Part shown: positions 19,474 through 29,474 of the stretch, piece by piece | How positions within the stretch are numbered: position 1 is the first letter of the stretch | Layout: each line of letters opens with the position of its first letter | Origin: an uncultured Gemmatimonadaceae bacterium | Lineage (GTDB): Bacteria; Gemmatimonadota; Gemmatimonadetes; Gemmatimonadales; Gemmatimonadaceae | Direction: 5' to 3' | Assembly: GCA_963822945.1 (NCBI GenBank) | Contig: CAWGJO010000044.1 | Span: 1-59,082 of the forward strand | Length of the DNA stretch: 59,082 nucleotides | Position numbers and translations under genes: made by a program | Notes under the pieces: model-generated | Seen by the model: only the letters and a program-made list of their open reading frames with translations | What the model was told of the DNA's origin: nothing | Database searches by the model: none

Positions 19474-22400
19474 TGGCACTCGATCTGCTTCTCGACGCGC
19501 TCCAACGGCTTCCGGCGTTCGCGCGGACCGCCGACGCACTCCCGGTCCCGGGGGCCACGCTGCGCGTCACCGGGCTCCGCGGGTCGAGCGACGCCGTGCT
19601 GCTGGCCACGCTGGCGCGCCGGCTGCCCACGCGGTTCTTCACGCTGGTGGCGGAGAGCGTGCCCGAGGCCGAGCGCTGGCTGGCCGACCTGCAGACGCTG
19701 CTCCCCGACGAGGCGGTGGTGTTCTATCCGCCGCGCGAGAGCCTGGGCGAGAGCGAGCCGCATCTGGAGATCGCCGGCGAGCGCGTGGAGACCATGGAGC
19801 GCGTGTCGCGCGGCGGGGTGCAGGTGCTGCTCACCACCGCCCGCGCGGTGCTGGAGAAGACGCGCGTGCCGGGCGCGCTGCGCACGCTGCGGCTGGAGCT
19901 GCGCAAGGGCGAGCTGCGCCGGCTCACCGAACTCGTGGAGCGGCTCGAGGCCATGGGGTTCGAGCGCGTGCCGATGGTGGACGACGTGGCGCAGTTCAGC
20001 GTGCGCGGCGGCATCCTCGACGTCTACAGCTTCGGCATGGCCGACCCCGTGCGCGCCGAGTTCTGGGGTGACGAGATCGTCGACCTGCGCCAGTTCGACC
20101 TCAACACGCAGCGCTCCACGCGCGACGTGACCCACGCCCTCGTGCTGCCGGTGGACGCGCCCTCGCTCACCACGACCGCGGCGGCCGAGCGCACCACGCT
20201 GCTCGCGCTCCTGCCGCCCGACACCGTGCTGGTGGAGCCGGTGGGCACCGCGTTCGAGCCGGAGCTGGCCCGCACGTGGGAGGAGGCGCAGCACCACGTG
20301 GAGTTCGCCCTGCGGCGCGGCGAGGATCCCGCGCCGCGCGAGGAGCTGTTCGAGTCGCCCGAGCGGGTGATGGCCGGGCTCGCGGCGCTGGGCACCCTGC
20401 GCCTGGTGCCGGCGGGCACCGAGGCCGACGTCGACTTCGCGCTCCACGAACCGGAGACGGTGGACCGCGACATCAAGTGGCTGCGGCGGCTGGTGCGCGA
20501 CCGCGTGCCTACCATCATCCTCTGCGACAACTCGGGACAGGCCGAGCGGCTCGAGGAGCTGCTGTCGGAAGACGAGGCGTCGCCGTCGCCGGCGGCGCTC
20601 GTGGTCGGCGTGCTGCAGGGCGGGTTCGTGGTTCCGCCGCTGGACGGCGGGCGCGGCCTGCGCGTGCTCACCGACCACGAGGTGTTCCGGCGCGAGCGCC
20701 GCATCCGCCGCAAGCGGCGCTACGTGAGCGGCATCGCCGTCGACACGGCCGAACTGCGCGCCGGCGACTACGTGGTGCACCTGGAGCAGGGCGTCGGCAT
20801 CTACCGCGGCATGGAGACGCTGGTCGTCGGGCAGAGCACGCTCGAAGTGGCCGTGGTGGAGTACGAGGGCGGCGACCGGCTGAACGTGCCGCTGTACCGC
20901 ATCGACCAGCTCGAGCGCTACCGCTCGGCCAGCGACATCAGCGAGAACTCGCCGCCGCCGCGGCTGCACAAACTCGGCGGCAAGCGATGGGCGCAGCAGC
21001 GCGACAAGACCCGCTCGGCCATCCGCGAGATGACCGTCGAACTGCTCGATCTGTACGCGCGGCGCAAGGTGGCCACCCGCCCGCCGCACGTGCCCGACAC
21101 GCCGTGGCAGAAGCAGCTCGAGAGTTCGTTCCTGTTCGAGGACACCCCCGACCAGCGCACGGCCACGGTGGCGGTGAAGCAGGACATGGAGAGCACGCGC
21201 CCCATGGACCGCCTGCTCGTGGGCGACGTGGGCTACGGCAAGACCGAGATCGCCGTGCGCGCGGCGTTCAAGGCCGTGCAGTCGGGACGGCAGGTGGCCG
21301 TGCTCGTGCCGACCACCATTCTCGCCGACCAGCACGCGCGCACCTTTACCGAGCGGCTGGCCGACTTCCCCGTGCGCATCGAGATGCTGAGCCGGTTCCA
21401 GACGGCCCGGCAGCAGAAGGAGGTCGTGGACGCGCTGGCCGATCACAAGGTGGACATCGTGATCGGCACGCACCGGCTGCTGAGTCCCGACGTGAAGTTC
21501 GACGAACTCGGGTTGCTGGTGATCGACGAGGAGCACCGGTTCGGCGTGAAGCACAAGGAGCGGCTCAAGCAGCTCCGCCTGGAAACCGACGTGCTGACGC
21601 TCACCGCCACGCCGATCCCGCGCACGCTGCACATGTCGCTGGCCGGGCTGCGCGACCTGACGCTCATGCAGACGCGCGCCGCGCGACCGGTCGCCCGTGC
21701 TCACCTCGCTGGAGCCGTGGGACGACGGGCTCATGGAGGAGGCCATCGCCCGCGAGCTGGACCGCGGGGGGCAGGTGTTCTTCGTGCACAACCGCATCGA
21801 GACCATCGCCGGCATTGCCGACCACCTGCAGCGGGTGGCGCCGCGCGCCCGGATCGCGGTGGCGCACGGCCAGATGAAGGAACGCGAACTGGAACAGGTG
21901 ATGCACCGGTTCGTGAGCGGCGACGTGAACCTGCTGGTCTCGACGATGATCGTGGAGAGCGGGCTCGACGTGCCCAACGCCAACACCATGTTCGTCAACC
22001 GCGCCGACCAGTTCGGTCTGGCGCAGCTCTACCAGCTCCGGGGGCGCGTGGGCCGCTCGCACCGCCGCGCCTACTGCTACCTGCTGGTGCCCGACGTGAT
22101 GGACCTGGAGGCCGAGCGCCGGTTGCGCGTGCTGGAGCACCATACCGAACTCGGGGCGGGGTACCGCATCGCGCTGCGCGACATGGAGATGCGCGGTGCC
22201 GGGAACCTGCTGGGGCCGGAGCAGTCCGGGTTCGTGCAGACCGTCGGGTTCGACCTCTACCTGCGCCTCCTCGACGAGGCGGTCCACCACCTGGTATCGG
22301 GTGAGGCCGCGCCCAAACTGGTGCCGGCGGACGTGAACATGGACGTGCCGCACCACCTCCCGGACGAATACATCGGTTCCCAGGATGTCAAACTCGACAT

Positions 22401-22755
22401 CTACCGGCGCATCTCACGGCTGGAGAGCGCGAAGGACCTCGAAGCGCTGCGCCGGGAGATGCGCGACCGGTTCGGCCCGCTGCCGCCCCCCGCGGAGGCG
22501 ACGTTGGCGCTGGCCGAGATGCGGCTGAGCGGCGGCGCTCTGGGCGTGGAGAGCATCCTGGTGCGCGGCGACGAAGCGCGTATTACCTTTCACGATTCCG
22601 CGGTCCCGCGTCTCAAGGGGCTCTCCGCGGCCTTTCACGAAGTGCAGTTCCAGGCGGAAGTCCGTCGGGCGCGACCCCTCTCGCTCAAGCTTACTCGGCT
22701 CGGCGGAGCGTCCATCCTCGACGGTCTGGCGCGCGCCATGCGCAGCCTGGTGTGA
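19473..22755 (+). CDS. mfd: Transcription-repair coupling factor (one extra base near 21675)
   Basis: [66 protein letters not shown]; span is 3n+1. Confidence 0.96.
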
Positions 22756-22793
22756 CGAGCGTTCCGCCAATTCTTTCCCGGAGTATCTGTCAG

Positions 22794-24254
22794 ATGAAAT
22801 CTCGGTCGCTGTTGGCCCTGGCCGCCGCCTGTGTGTTGGTGACGGGCTGCGACGGGCTCAAGGACGCCTTCTCCGCGCACACCAACGTGGTGGCGCGTGC
22901 CGGTTCGCAGGAACTCACCGTCGAGCGGCTCGGCAACCTGCTGGGGCACGCCACGATCCAGATTCCCGCCACCCGCGAGGTGTCCGACGTCCTGGCCGGC
23001 TTCTGGGTGGACTATCAGCTGCTCGGCGAGGCGGCGGCCAAGGGTGACTCGCTCACCAATCAGAAGGAGATCGACGAGGCCACCACGAGCTACACCACCA
23101 GCATGGTCCTGCGGAAGATGCAGGGCGTGATCGACAGCATGCTGGTAAAGGACAAGCCCACCGAGGCCGGGTACAACGAAGGCATCGACGACATCTACGA
23201 CGCCCGCCACATCCTGTTCCAGTTCCCGCAGGGCGCCACGCCGGCCCAGATGGATTCGGTGCGCAAGAAGGCCGCCGCGGTGCTGCCGCAGGTGAACGCG
23301 CGGAACTTCGCCGCCATGGCCCAGAAGTACAGCTCCGACGCCGGCAGCGCGGCGCAGGGCGGCAACCTCGGCGTGTTCAACTCGGCCGACATGGTGCCGG
23401 AATTCGCCAACGCCGTGGCCGCGCTCAAGCCGGGCCAGATCTCGAAACTGGTGCAGTCCAAGTTCGGCTACCACATCATCCAGCGCCTGCCCTACGACCA
23501 GGCCAAGGACGAGTACGAGAAGAACTTCGCCCAGGTGGCCGGCGCCAACGCCGAGCGCGCCTACATGGCCAAGCTCGACAGCGAGGCGGGCATCAAGGTC
23601 AACAGCGGCGCCGCGGCTCAGGCCAAGGTGGCCGCGCTCGACCCGGCCGGGCATCGCAAGGACAACTCCGTGCTCGCCACGTTCAACGGCGGCAAGCTCA
23701 CGGTGTCGCGCTTCCTGATGTGGCTCGACCAGTTCCCGCCCAGCCAGCGCATCGCGCAGCAGATGCAGGCCGCGCCCGATTCCATCGTGCAGAACTTCCT
23801 CAAGAACCTCACCACCAACGAGGTGTTGGTGCACAAGGCCGACAGCATGCACGTCGTCCTGAGCCCGGAAGAGAAGGCCACGGTCTACAAGGACTTCGCG
23901 CAGGTGGTGTCTCTGAGCTGGAAAGCCCTGGGCGTCGATCCCACGTCGCTGGCCGACAGCGCCAAGACCGAATCCGAGCGCGAGCACCTGGCGGCGGCCC
24001 GCGTCGAGGCCCTGTTCGACAACGTGATGAGCGGCAAGGCCCAGCCGGTGCCGATTCCGACGCCGCTCAAGTCGCTGCTCGAAACCAAGTACTCCTGGAA
24101 GATCAACGCCGCAGCCGTAGACCGCGCCACCGATCTGGCCCGCCAGATCCGCACGAGCGCCGATTCGGCCCGGGCCGCGAACCAGCCGAAGTCGCAGGTG
24201 CCGCTTCCCGGCGCCACGCCCCCGGCCGGCACCACGCAGACCAAGAAGCCATAA
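22794..24254 (+). CDS. Parvulin-type peptidyl-prolyl isomerase lipoprotein
   Basis: Lipobox LVTGC; ARHIL, AQKYSSD..GGNLG, SKFGYHII. Confidence 0.88.
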   Translation: MKSRSLLALAAACVLVTGCDGLKDAFSAHTNVVARAGSQELTVERLGNLLGHATIQIPATREVSDVLAGFWVDYQLLGEAAAKGDSLTNQKEIDEATTSYTTSMVLRKMQGVIDSMLVKDKPTEAGYNEGIDDIYDARHILFQFPQGATPAQMDSVRKKAAAVLPQVNARNFAAMAQKYSSDAGSAAQGGNLGVFNSADMVPEFANAVAALKPGQISKLVQSKFGYHIIQRLPYDQAKDEYEKNFAQVAGANAERAYMAKLDSEAGIKVNSGAAAQAKVAALDPAGHRKDNSVLATFNGGKLTVSRFLMWLDQFPPSQRIAQQMQAAPDSIVQNFLKNLTTNEVLVHKADSMHVVLSPEEKATVYKDFAQVVSLSWKALGVDPTSLADSAKTESEREHLAAARVEALFDNVMSGKAQPVPIPTPLKSLLETKYSWKINAAAVDRATDLARQIRTSADSARAANQPKSQVPLPGATPPAGTTQTKKP

Positions 24255-24317
24255 GCGGATTCCCCGACCGCCGCCGGATGTCGAACTCCGGCGGCCGGTC
24301 GTGGGTATCTTGTGATC

Positions 24318-25721
24318 ATGAGGAAGTCCGTCACCGTTCTGATCGCGCTGGCCGCTGCCGCGGCCCTGTCGCTGCCGGCCGCCGCCCGCGCCCAGGCCGC
24401 CGCGCCTCTCGCCAAGCCCGTTCCCCTCGATCGCGTCGTGGCCGTTGTCGGCTCCGATCCGATCATGGAGTCCGAGGTCACCGAGGCGATCATCCAGCGC
24501 CAGCAGCAGGACCCGAACTTCAAGCTGCCCACCGACTCCGCCGGGTGGGCCACCTTCCAGAAGAACATCATCAACGGCCTCATCGACCAGCGCCTGCTCC
24601 TGCAGCAGGCCAAGGTCGAGAAGCTGTCCATCCCGGACTCGCTGCTCGCGCCCACCGTGGATGCGCAGATCGCCAAGACCCGGGCGCAGTTCGCCACCGA
24701 GGCCCAGTACCGGGCGGAACTGGCCAAGGCCGGCCTCGGCACCCCCGACGAGTACCGCCAGTTCCTGATGCAGCAGATGCGCGATGGCCAGCTCCAGCAG
24801 GAGGTCACCGCCAAGCTGCAGCGCGACGGGAAGATTCTCCCGGTATCGGTGTCCGAGCAGGAGGTGCAGCAGGCCTTCGACGGCATCAAGGGGAACCTGG
24901 GCAGACGGCCCGCCACCTTCACCTGGCGGCAGATCGTCATCAACCCGCAGCCGTCGGCCAAGGCCAAGGCGAAAGCCCTGGCCCACGCCGATTCCATTCG
25001 CGCCGAGATCGTGGCGGGCGGCGACTTCGCCCGCATCGCCAAGCGCGAGTCCGCCGACTCCACCACGCGCGAAGTGGGCGGCGATCTGGGGTGGAACCGA
25101 CGCGGCAGCGGCCTCGTGCCGACCTTCGAGCAGTGGCTGTTTGCCCTGCAGCCGGGGCAGATCAGCCCCGTGTTCGAGACCCCGTTCGGCTACCACATCC
25201 TGCGCGTGGACCGCGTGAACGGTCCCGAGCGCAAGTCGCGGCACATTCTCATCCGTCCCGTGATCGACTCGGCCGACGTGGCCAAGGCGCACGAGCTCGC
25301 CGACTCGGTCAAGAAGATGTGGCTGGCCGGCGTGCCGTTCGACACGCTGGCCAAGAAGTACCACGACTACGCCAGCCGCGAAGAGACCACGGTGCTCACC
25401 CCGTATCCCTTCGATTCGCTGCCGCAGACCTACCAGGATGCCTTTGCCGGCCTCAAGGCGGGCGACGCGGTGGTGTTCAAGATCGCCAACACGCAGACCC
25501 CCTGGGTGCCCAAGTTCGTCGTGGCCCGCATCGTGTCGTACGAGCCCGGCGGACCGCTCACGCTCGCCGACGTGCGCTCGCGGCTGCGGGCCAACCTCGA
25601 GCAGACGGCGTCCATTCGCCGCTACCTGGACGGCCTGCGCAAGACGACGTTCGTGGAGATCAAGCCCGACGCGCTGGCGCCGCCCGCCGGCGCGCTCGAC
25701 CACGCCGGCCAGTCGCCGTAG
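24318..25721 (+). CDS. surA: SurA-like chaperone/PPIase
   Basis: LDRVVAVVG..I..SEV SurA N-domain; GGDLGW, ETPFGYHIL, RHILI; precedes pdxA as in conserved surA-pdxA order. Confidence 0.85.
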   Translation: MRKSVTVLIALAAAAALSLPAAARAQAAAPLAKPVPLDRVVAVVGSDPIMESEVTEAIIQRQQQDPNFKLPTDSAGWATFQKNIINGLIDQRLLLQQAKVEKLSIPDSLLAPTVDAQIAKTRAQFATEAQYRAELAKAGLGTPDEYRQFLMQQMRDGQLQQEVTAKLQRDGKILPVSVSEQEVQQAFDGIKGNLGRRPATFTWRQIVINPQPSAKAKAKALAHADSIRAEIVAGGDFARIAKRESADSTTREVGGDLGWNRRGSGLVPTFEQWLFALQPGQISPVFETPFGYHILRVDRVNGPERKSRHILIRPVIDSADVAKAHELADSVKKMWLAGVPFDTLAKKYHDYASREETTVLTPYPFDSLPQTYQDAFAGLKAGDAVVFKIANTQTPWVPKFVVARIVSYEPGGPLTLADVRSRLRANLEQTASIRRYLDGLRKTTFVEIKPDALAPPAGALDHAGQSP

Positions 25722-25725
25722 CGCC

Positions 25726-26610
25726 ATGAGCCGGCGCCCGCGACTCGCCGTCACGCTCGGCGACCCGCGGGGTATCGGTCCGGAGATCGTGGCCGCCCTC
25801 CGTGACGATGCCCGGGTGGCGGAAGCCGCGCACCTCGTGCTCGTGGGGCCGCAGGGCGCCGGCGTCGCGGTGGAGCATTCCGTGGGCACCTGGGCCCCGC
25901 GCCAGTCGGCGGCCAACGCGGGGCGGCTGGCCGGCCTCGCCATCGAACGGGCCGTGGCGCTGGCTCAGGCCGGCGAGGTGCAGGGCGTCGTCACCGCTCC
26001 CATCGACAAGGCCGCCCTGCTCGCCGGCGGATACGACTACCCCGGGCACACCGAGATGCTGGCCGCGCTCACCGGCAGCCGCGTGGCGATGATGCTCGCC
26101 TCCGACCGGCTGCGCGTGGTGCTCGCCACCACGCACATCGCGCTGCGCGACGTGCCGGCCGCGGTTACCCCCGAGGCGATCGCCAGCGCCGCGGCCATCA
26201 CGCGCCGCGGGCTGCAGGAGTGGTTCGGCATCGCCGAGCCGCGGCTGGCGCTGTGCGCCCTCAATCCGCACGCCGGCGACGGCGGCCGGTTCGGCGACGA
26301 GGACGACCGCGTGCTGCGGCCGGCGGCGCGGGCCGCCGGACTTGTGGGCCCGTTCCCCGCCGACACCGTGTTCGTGCGGGCCATGCGCGGCGAATTCGAC
26401 GCCGTGATCGCCCCCTATCACGACGTCGGCATGACCGCCATCAAGGTGGCGTCGTTCGGCAGCGCCGTGAACGTGACGCTGGGGCTGCCCTTTCCCCGCA
26501 CCAGTCCGGACCACGGCACGGCGCTCGACATCGCGGGGCAGGGCCGGGCCGATCCATCGAGCATGATCGCCGCCACGCTGCTGGCGGCGCGGATCGCCGC
26601 GAGAGGCTAG
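25726..26610 (+). CDS. pdxA: 4-hydroxythreonine-4-phosphate dehydrogenase
   Basis: GDPRGIGPEI, TAPIDK, GHTE, TTHIAL, LNPHAG, YHD, VNVTLGLPFPRTSPDHGTALDIAG. Confidence 0.95.
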   Translation: MSRRPRLAVTLGDPRGIGPEIVAALRDDARVAEAAHLVLVGPQGAGVAVEHSVGTWAPRQSAANAGRLAGLAIERAVALAQAGEVQGVVTAPIDKAALLAGGYDYPGHTEMLAALTGSRVAMMLASDRLRVVLATTHIALRDVPAAVTPEAIASAAAITRRGLQEWFGIAEPRLALCALNPHAGDGGRFGDEDDRVLRPAARAAGLVGPFPADTVFVRAMRGEFDAVIAPYHDVGMTAIKVASFGSAVNVTLGLPFPRTSPDHGTALDIAGQGRADPSSMIAATLLAARIAARG

Positions 26611-26620
26611 GATCGCAGGA

Positions 26621-26652
26621 CCGTCAGGCAGTCCGACTGTCCGACTGTCCTC
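26621..26652. repeat. Degenerate 8-bp tandem repeat (CTGTCCGA)
   Basis: ccgtcagg cagtccga ctgtccga ctgtcctc at the convergent gene ends. Confidence 0.6.
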
Positions 26653-27943
26653 CCGCCGGAACCTTCACCGCCAGCGTTTCGATGCGGCGCCCTTCCAGTT
26701 CCTTCACCGTGAACGATGCGCCGTGCACGGTCACGCGGTCGCCGGCCACCGGCAGCCGGCCCAGCGCGCCGAACACCACCCCGCCGATGGTCGTGTAGTC
26801 GGCGTCGGGCACGTGGAGGGCGAACCGTTCGTTGAACTCGCCGATGTTCATCGAGCCCGGCACCAGCGTCACGTCGCCGGCCTGCAGCGCCTCGGGGGGG
26901 AGCGGCTCGTCGTACTCGTCGAGGATCTCGCCCACGATCTCCTCCAGCAGGTCCTCCATCGTCACCAGCCCAGCGGTGCCGCCGTACTCGTCGAGCACGA
27001 TCGCCATGTGCTCCTTGAGACGCTTGAAATCCGCCAGCACCTCCTCCACCTCGCGCGAACCCGGCACCACGTGCACGGGCCGCATGATCTGGCGCAGCGA
27101 GAAGTCGGCGGGCGGGTGGCGCAGCACCGGCAGCAGGTCCTTGGCCAGCACCAGGCCGATCACGTTGTCGATCGTCTCCTCGTACACCGGGTAGCGCGAT
27201 CGCCGCGACTCCTCCACCAGGGCGAGCGTCTCGTCGAGCGTGGCCTCCACGCGCAGGGCGTCGATGTCCGTGCGCGGGGTCATCACCTCGCGCGCGTTCT
27301 TCTCCGAGAACTCGAACACGCCCTCGATCAGGTGCGCGTCCTGGGGCAACAGCATGCCCCCCTCCTGGCTCTGCTCCACCAGGATCCGCAGCTCCTCGGC
27401 GGAGTGCACGTTCTCCTCGCCGCGGGGCAGGTCCTGCCCGATGAGGCGCAGCGCCAACTCCGCCGAACGGTTGAGCAGCCAGGAGAAGGGTGAGGTGAGC
27501 CAGACGAACACCATGAGCGGAGGCACGAGCCACCCGGCCATCTTTTCGGGGTCGCGCAGGGCGGCGCCGCGGGGCATCAACTCGCCTACCACCACGTGGA
27601 AGTAGCTCACCAGCACCAGCGCGATGGTGGCCCCGATGGCCAGGCGGACGCCGACGTCCACGCCCAGGGGCAGCCCGCCCAGCCAGGTGGAGATCACCGG
27701 CCCCAGCGCATCCTCGGCCACGGCGCCGATGGCGAGGCTGCAGATCGTGACGCCGATCTGGGTGGCGGAGAGAATGCGCGGCAGGTTGTCGGCGGCGCGG
27801 AGGGCCAGCCGTGCCAATCGGTTGCCGCGCCGCGTCATGGCCTCCAGCCGCGCCCGCCGCGCCCGGACGAGCGCGAACTCCGACGCCACGAAGAACCCGT
27901 TCAGAAACAGCAGCGCCGCGATGACCACCAGACGTGTCGCCAT
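26624..27943 (-). CDS. Hemolysin-family CNNM/CBS/CorC membrane protein
   Basis: NGFFVASEFALV, QIGVT, GELMP, VMTPRTD, SRYPVY, DEYGGTAGLVTMEDLLEEIVGEI. Confidence 0.93.
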   Translation of the reverse strand: MATRLVVIAALLFLNGFFVASEFALVRARRARLEAMTRRGNRLARLALRAADNLPRILSATQIGVTICSLAIGAVAEDALGPVISTWLGGLPLGVDVGVRLAIGATIALVLVSYFHVVVGELMPRGAALRDPEKMAGWLVPPLMVFVWLTSPFSWLLNRSAELALRLIGQDLPRGEENVHSAEELRILVEQSQEGGMLLPQDAHLIEGVFEFSEKNAREVMTPRTDIDALRVEATLDETLALVEESRRSRYPVYEETIDNVIGLVLAKDLLPVLRHPPADFSLRQIMRPVHVVPGSREVEEVLADFKRLKEHMAIVLDEYGGTAGLVTMEDLLEEIVGEILDEYDEPLPPEALQAGDVTLVPGSMNIGEFNERFALHVPDADYTTIGGVVFGALGRLPVAGDRVTVHGASFTVKELEGRRIETLAVKVPAGGQSDSRTA

Positions 27944-28030
27944 ACGGGGTAAGGTACGGCGCATCGCCCGTCCGTTCTAGCAGGCGGGGCCGTGACGATC
28001 CCCCCGCTCCCTGGGTAGGTTGTGAGACAC

Positions 28031-28972
28031 ATGGCGCACGACCACTCACACGACCACGGATCGGGCGGCAGCGGGCACTCGCACTCCCTCGCGGAGGCGG
28101 CCGGCGCGCGCAGCGCGCGCGCCCTGCGGCTGGCCCTCGTGCTCACCCTGCTGCTGCTGGTGGGCGAGGCCGTGGGCGGCTACGTCTCGAACTCGCTGGC
28201 GCTCATGGCCGACGCGGGGCACGTGTTCACCGACGCGGGCGCGCTGGCCCTGTCGCTGTTCGTGGCCTGGTTCTGCCGCCAGCCCGGGAGTGAGGAGAAG
28301 ACCTTCGGCTACCTGCGCTGGGAGATCCTGGCGGCGCTGGTGAACGGGGCCACCCTGCTGGGCATCTCGGGCTGGATCATGGTCGAGGCGGTGCTCCGCT
28401 TCCGCACGCCCGAGCCAGTGCAGGGCGGGCTGATGCTTGTGGTGGCGGCAATCGGCCTGGTGGTGAACGCGGGGGCCGCGTTCGTGCTCCACCCGGCGCA
28501 CGGCGAGAACCTGAACGTTCGCGGGGCGTACCTGCATGTGCTGGGCGACCTGCTGGCGTCGGTGGGCACGGTGGTTGCCGCCCTGGTGATCCGGTACACG
28601 GGGTGGCTGGCCGCCGACCCGCTGGCCTCGGTGTTCACCACACTGCTCATCATGCGGGGGGCGTGGTCGCTGGTGCGCGAGTCGGTGGACGTGCTGTTGG
28701 AGGGCGCGCCGCAGCACATCCCGCTGGAGGGGGTCCGGGCCCGGCTGGAGGCGATTCCGGGCGTGGAGAACGTGCACGACCTGCACGTCTGGACGGTGAC
28801 GTCGGGGCTGGTGGCGGCGAGCGCGCACGCCCTGGTCCGCGACGCCGGCCGGCACCAGGACGTGCTGGAGCGGGCGCACGACGTGCTGCAGGAGATGGGG
28901 ATCCAGCACGTGACCGTGCAGCTGGAGCGGACCGAGATGGGGGGGCGGGAGGCGGAGCACCTGCACCCCTGA
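28031..28972 (+). CDS. Cation diffusion facilitator (CzcD/ZitB-like)
   Basis: His-rich N-terminus, SLALMADAGH..D, TFGYLRWE, AYLHVLGD, HDLHVW, HVTVQ. Confidence 0.93.
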   Translation: MAHDHSHDHGSGGSGHSHSLAEAAGARSARALRLALVLTLLLLVGEAVGGYVSNSLALMADAGHVFTDAGALALSLFVAWFCRQPGSEEKTFGYLRWEILAALVNGATLLGISGWIMVEAVLRFRTPEPVQGGLMLVVAAIGLVVNAGAAFVLHPAHGENLNVRGAYLHVLGDLLASVGTVVAALVIRYTGWLAADPLASVFTTLLIMRGAWSLVRESVDVLLEGAPQHIPLEGVRARLEAIPGVENVHDLHVWTVTSGLVAASAHALVRDAGRHQDVLERAHDVLQEMGIQHVTVQLERTEMGGREAEHLHP

Positions 28973-28991
28973 GTTTCGGCGTGGAACGGAT

Positions 28992-29024
28992 GCGGGGCGC
29001 GGATCCGAGTGATCCGCGCCCCGC
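28992..29024. terminator. GC-rich hairpin between convergent ORFs
   Basis: GCGGGGCGCGGATC-cgagt-GATCCGCGCCCCGC, perfect 14-bp stem. Confidence 0.65.
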
Positions 29025-29073
29025 TGGTTCTTGCCGGTGGCGCACTGGAGCGACGATCACGTCGCGCCGTGCG

Positions 29074-29268
29074 CTAAGTTCGTTCCTGTCCGCTCCCCGC
29101 GCTGCTGTGCCGACTGCCGGTCTGGTCGTGCTCGCCGCGGCGCTTCTCGTATTCCTCCCGGTCGGCGTATCCGTAGCCGCCGAGTACCTCGCCACCGCGC
29201 ATGTAATCGTGTCCGTACCCGCGTCCGTGCGGGTAGTCCACGCTGGCGGTGTCGTCGGACTGGTGCAT
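29074..29268 (-). CDS. Putative small hydrophilic protein (64 aa)
   Basis: GGAGGT RBS before ATG; MHQSDDTASVDYPHGRGYGHDYMRGGEVLGGYGY...; hairpin downstream. Confidence 0.5.
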   Translation of the reverse strand: MHQSDDTASVDYPHGRGYGHDYMRGGEVLGGYGYADREEYEKRRGEHDQTGSRHSSAGSGQERT

Positions 29269-29408
29269 GTTCCCACCTCCTCCGATGGCGTGAAGGATTG
29301 CATTGGGAGCATGGGTGATTTTTCCGGGCAATGCAAGGGGAAACAGCTGGAGCGGCCTGGGCGGGAGGCTGTGGCGTGCCTGCCGCGCCCCGGGGCCGTT
29401 TCGCGGGA

Positions 29409-29432
29409 CTGTCCGACTGTCGGACTGTCCGA
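29409..29432. repeat. 8-bp tandem repeat (CTGTCCGA x3)
   Basis: ctgtccga ctgtcgga ctgtccga upstream of typA. Confidence 0.6.
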
Positions 29433-29474
29433 CCGGTTGTATCCGGCTTCCGCCCCCCATTACCTTCCAAGGCT

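Noticed and set aside
21665..21700. mfd split into two genes
   Set aside because: Removing one base restores [14 protein letters not shown]; consistent with a sequencing error.
22635..25943. Very long antisense ORFs (also 19203-21998, 36741-39248, 47450-49762, 50237-52567)
   Set aside because: Shadow frames of high-GC genes; no motifs.
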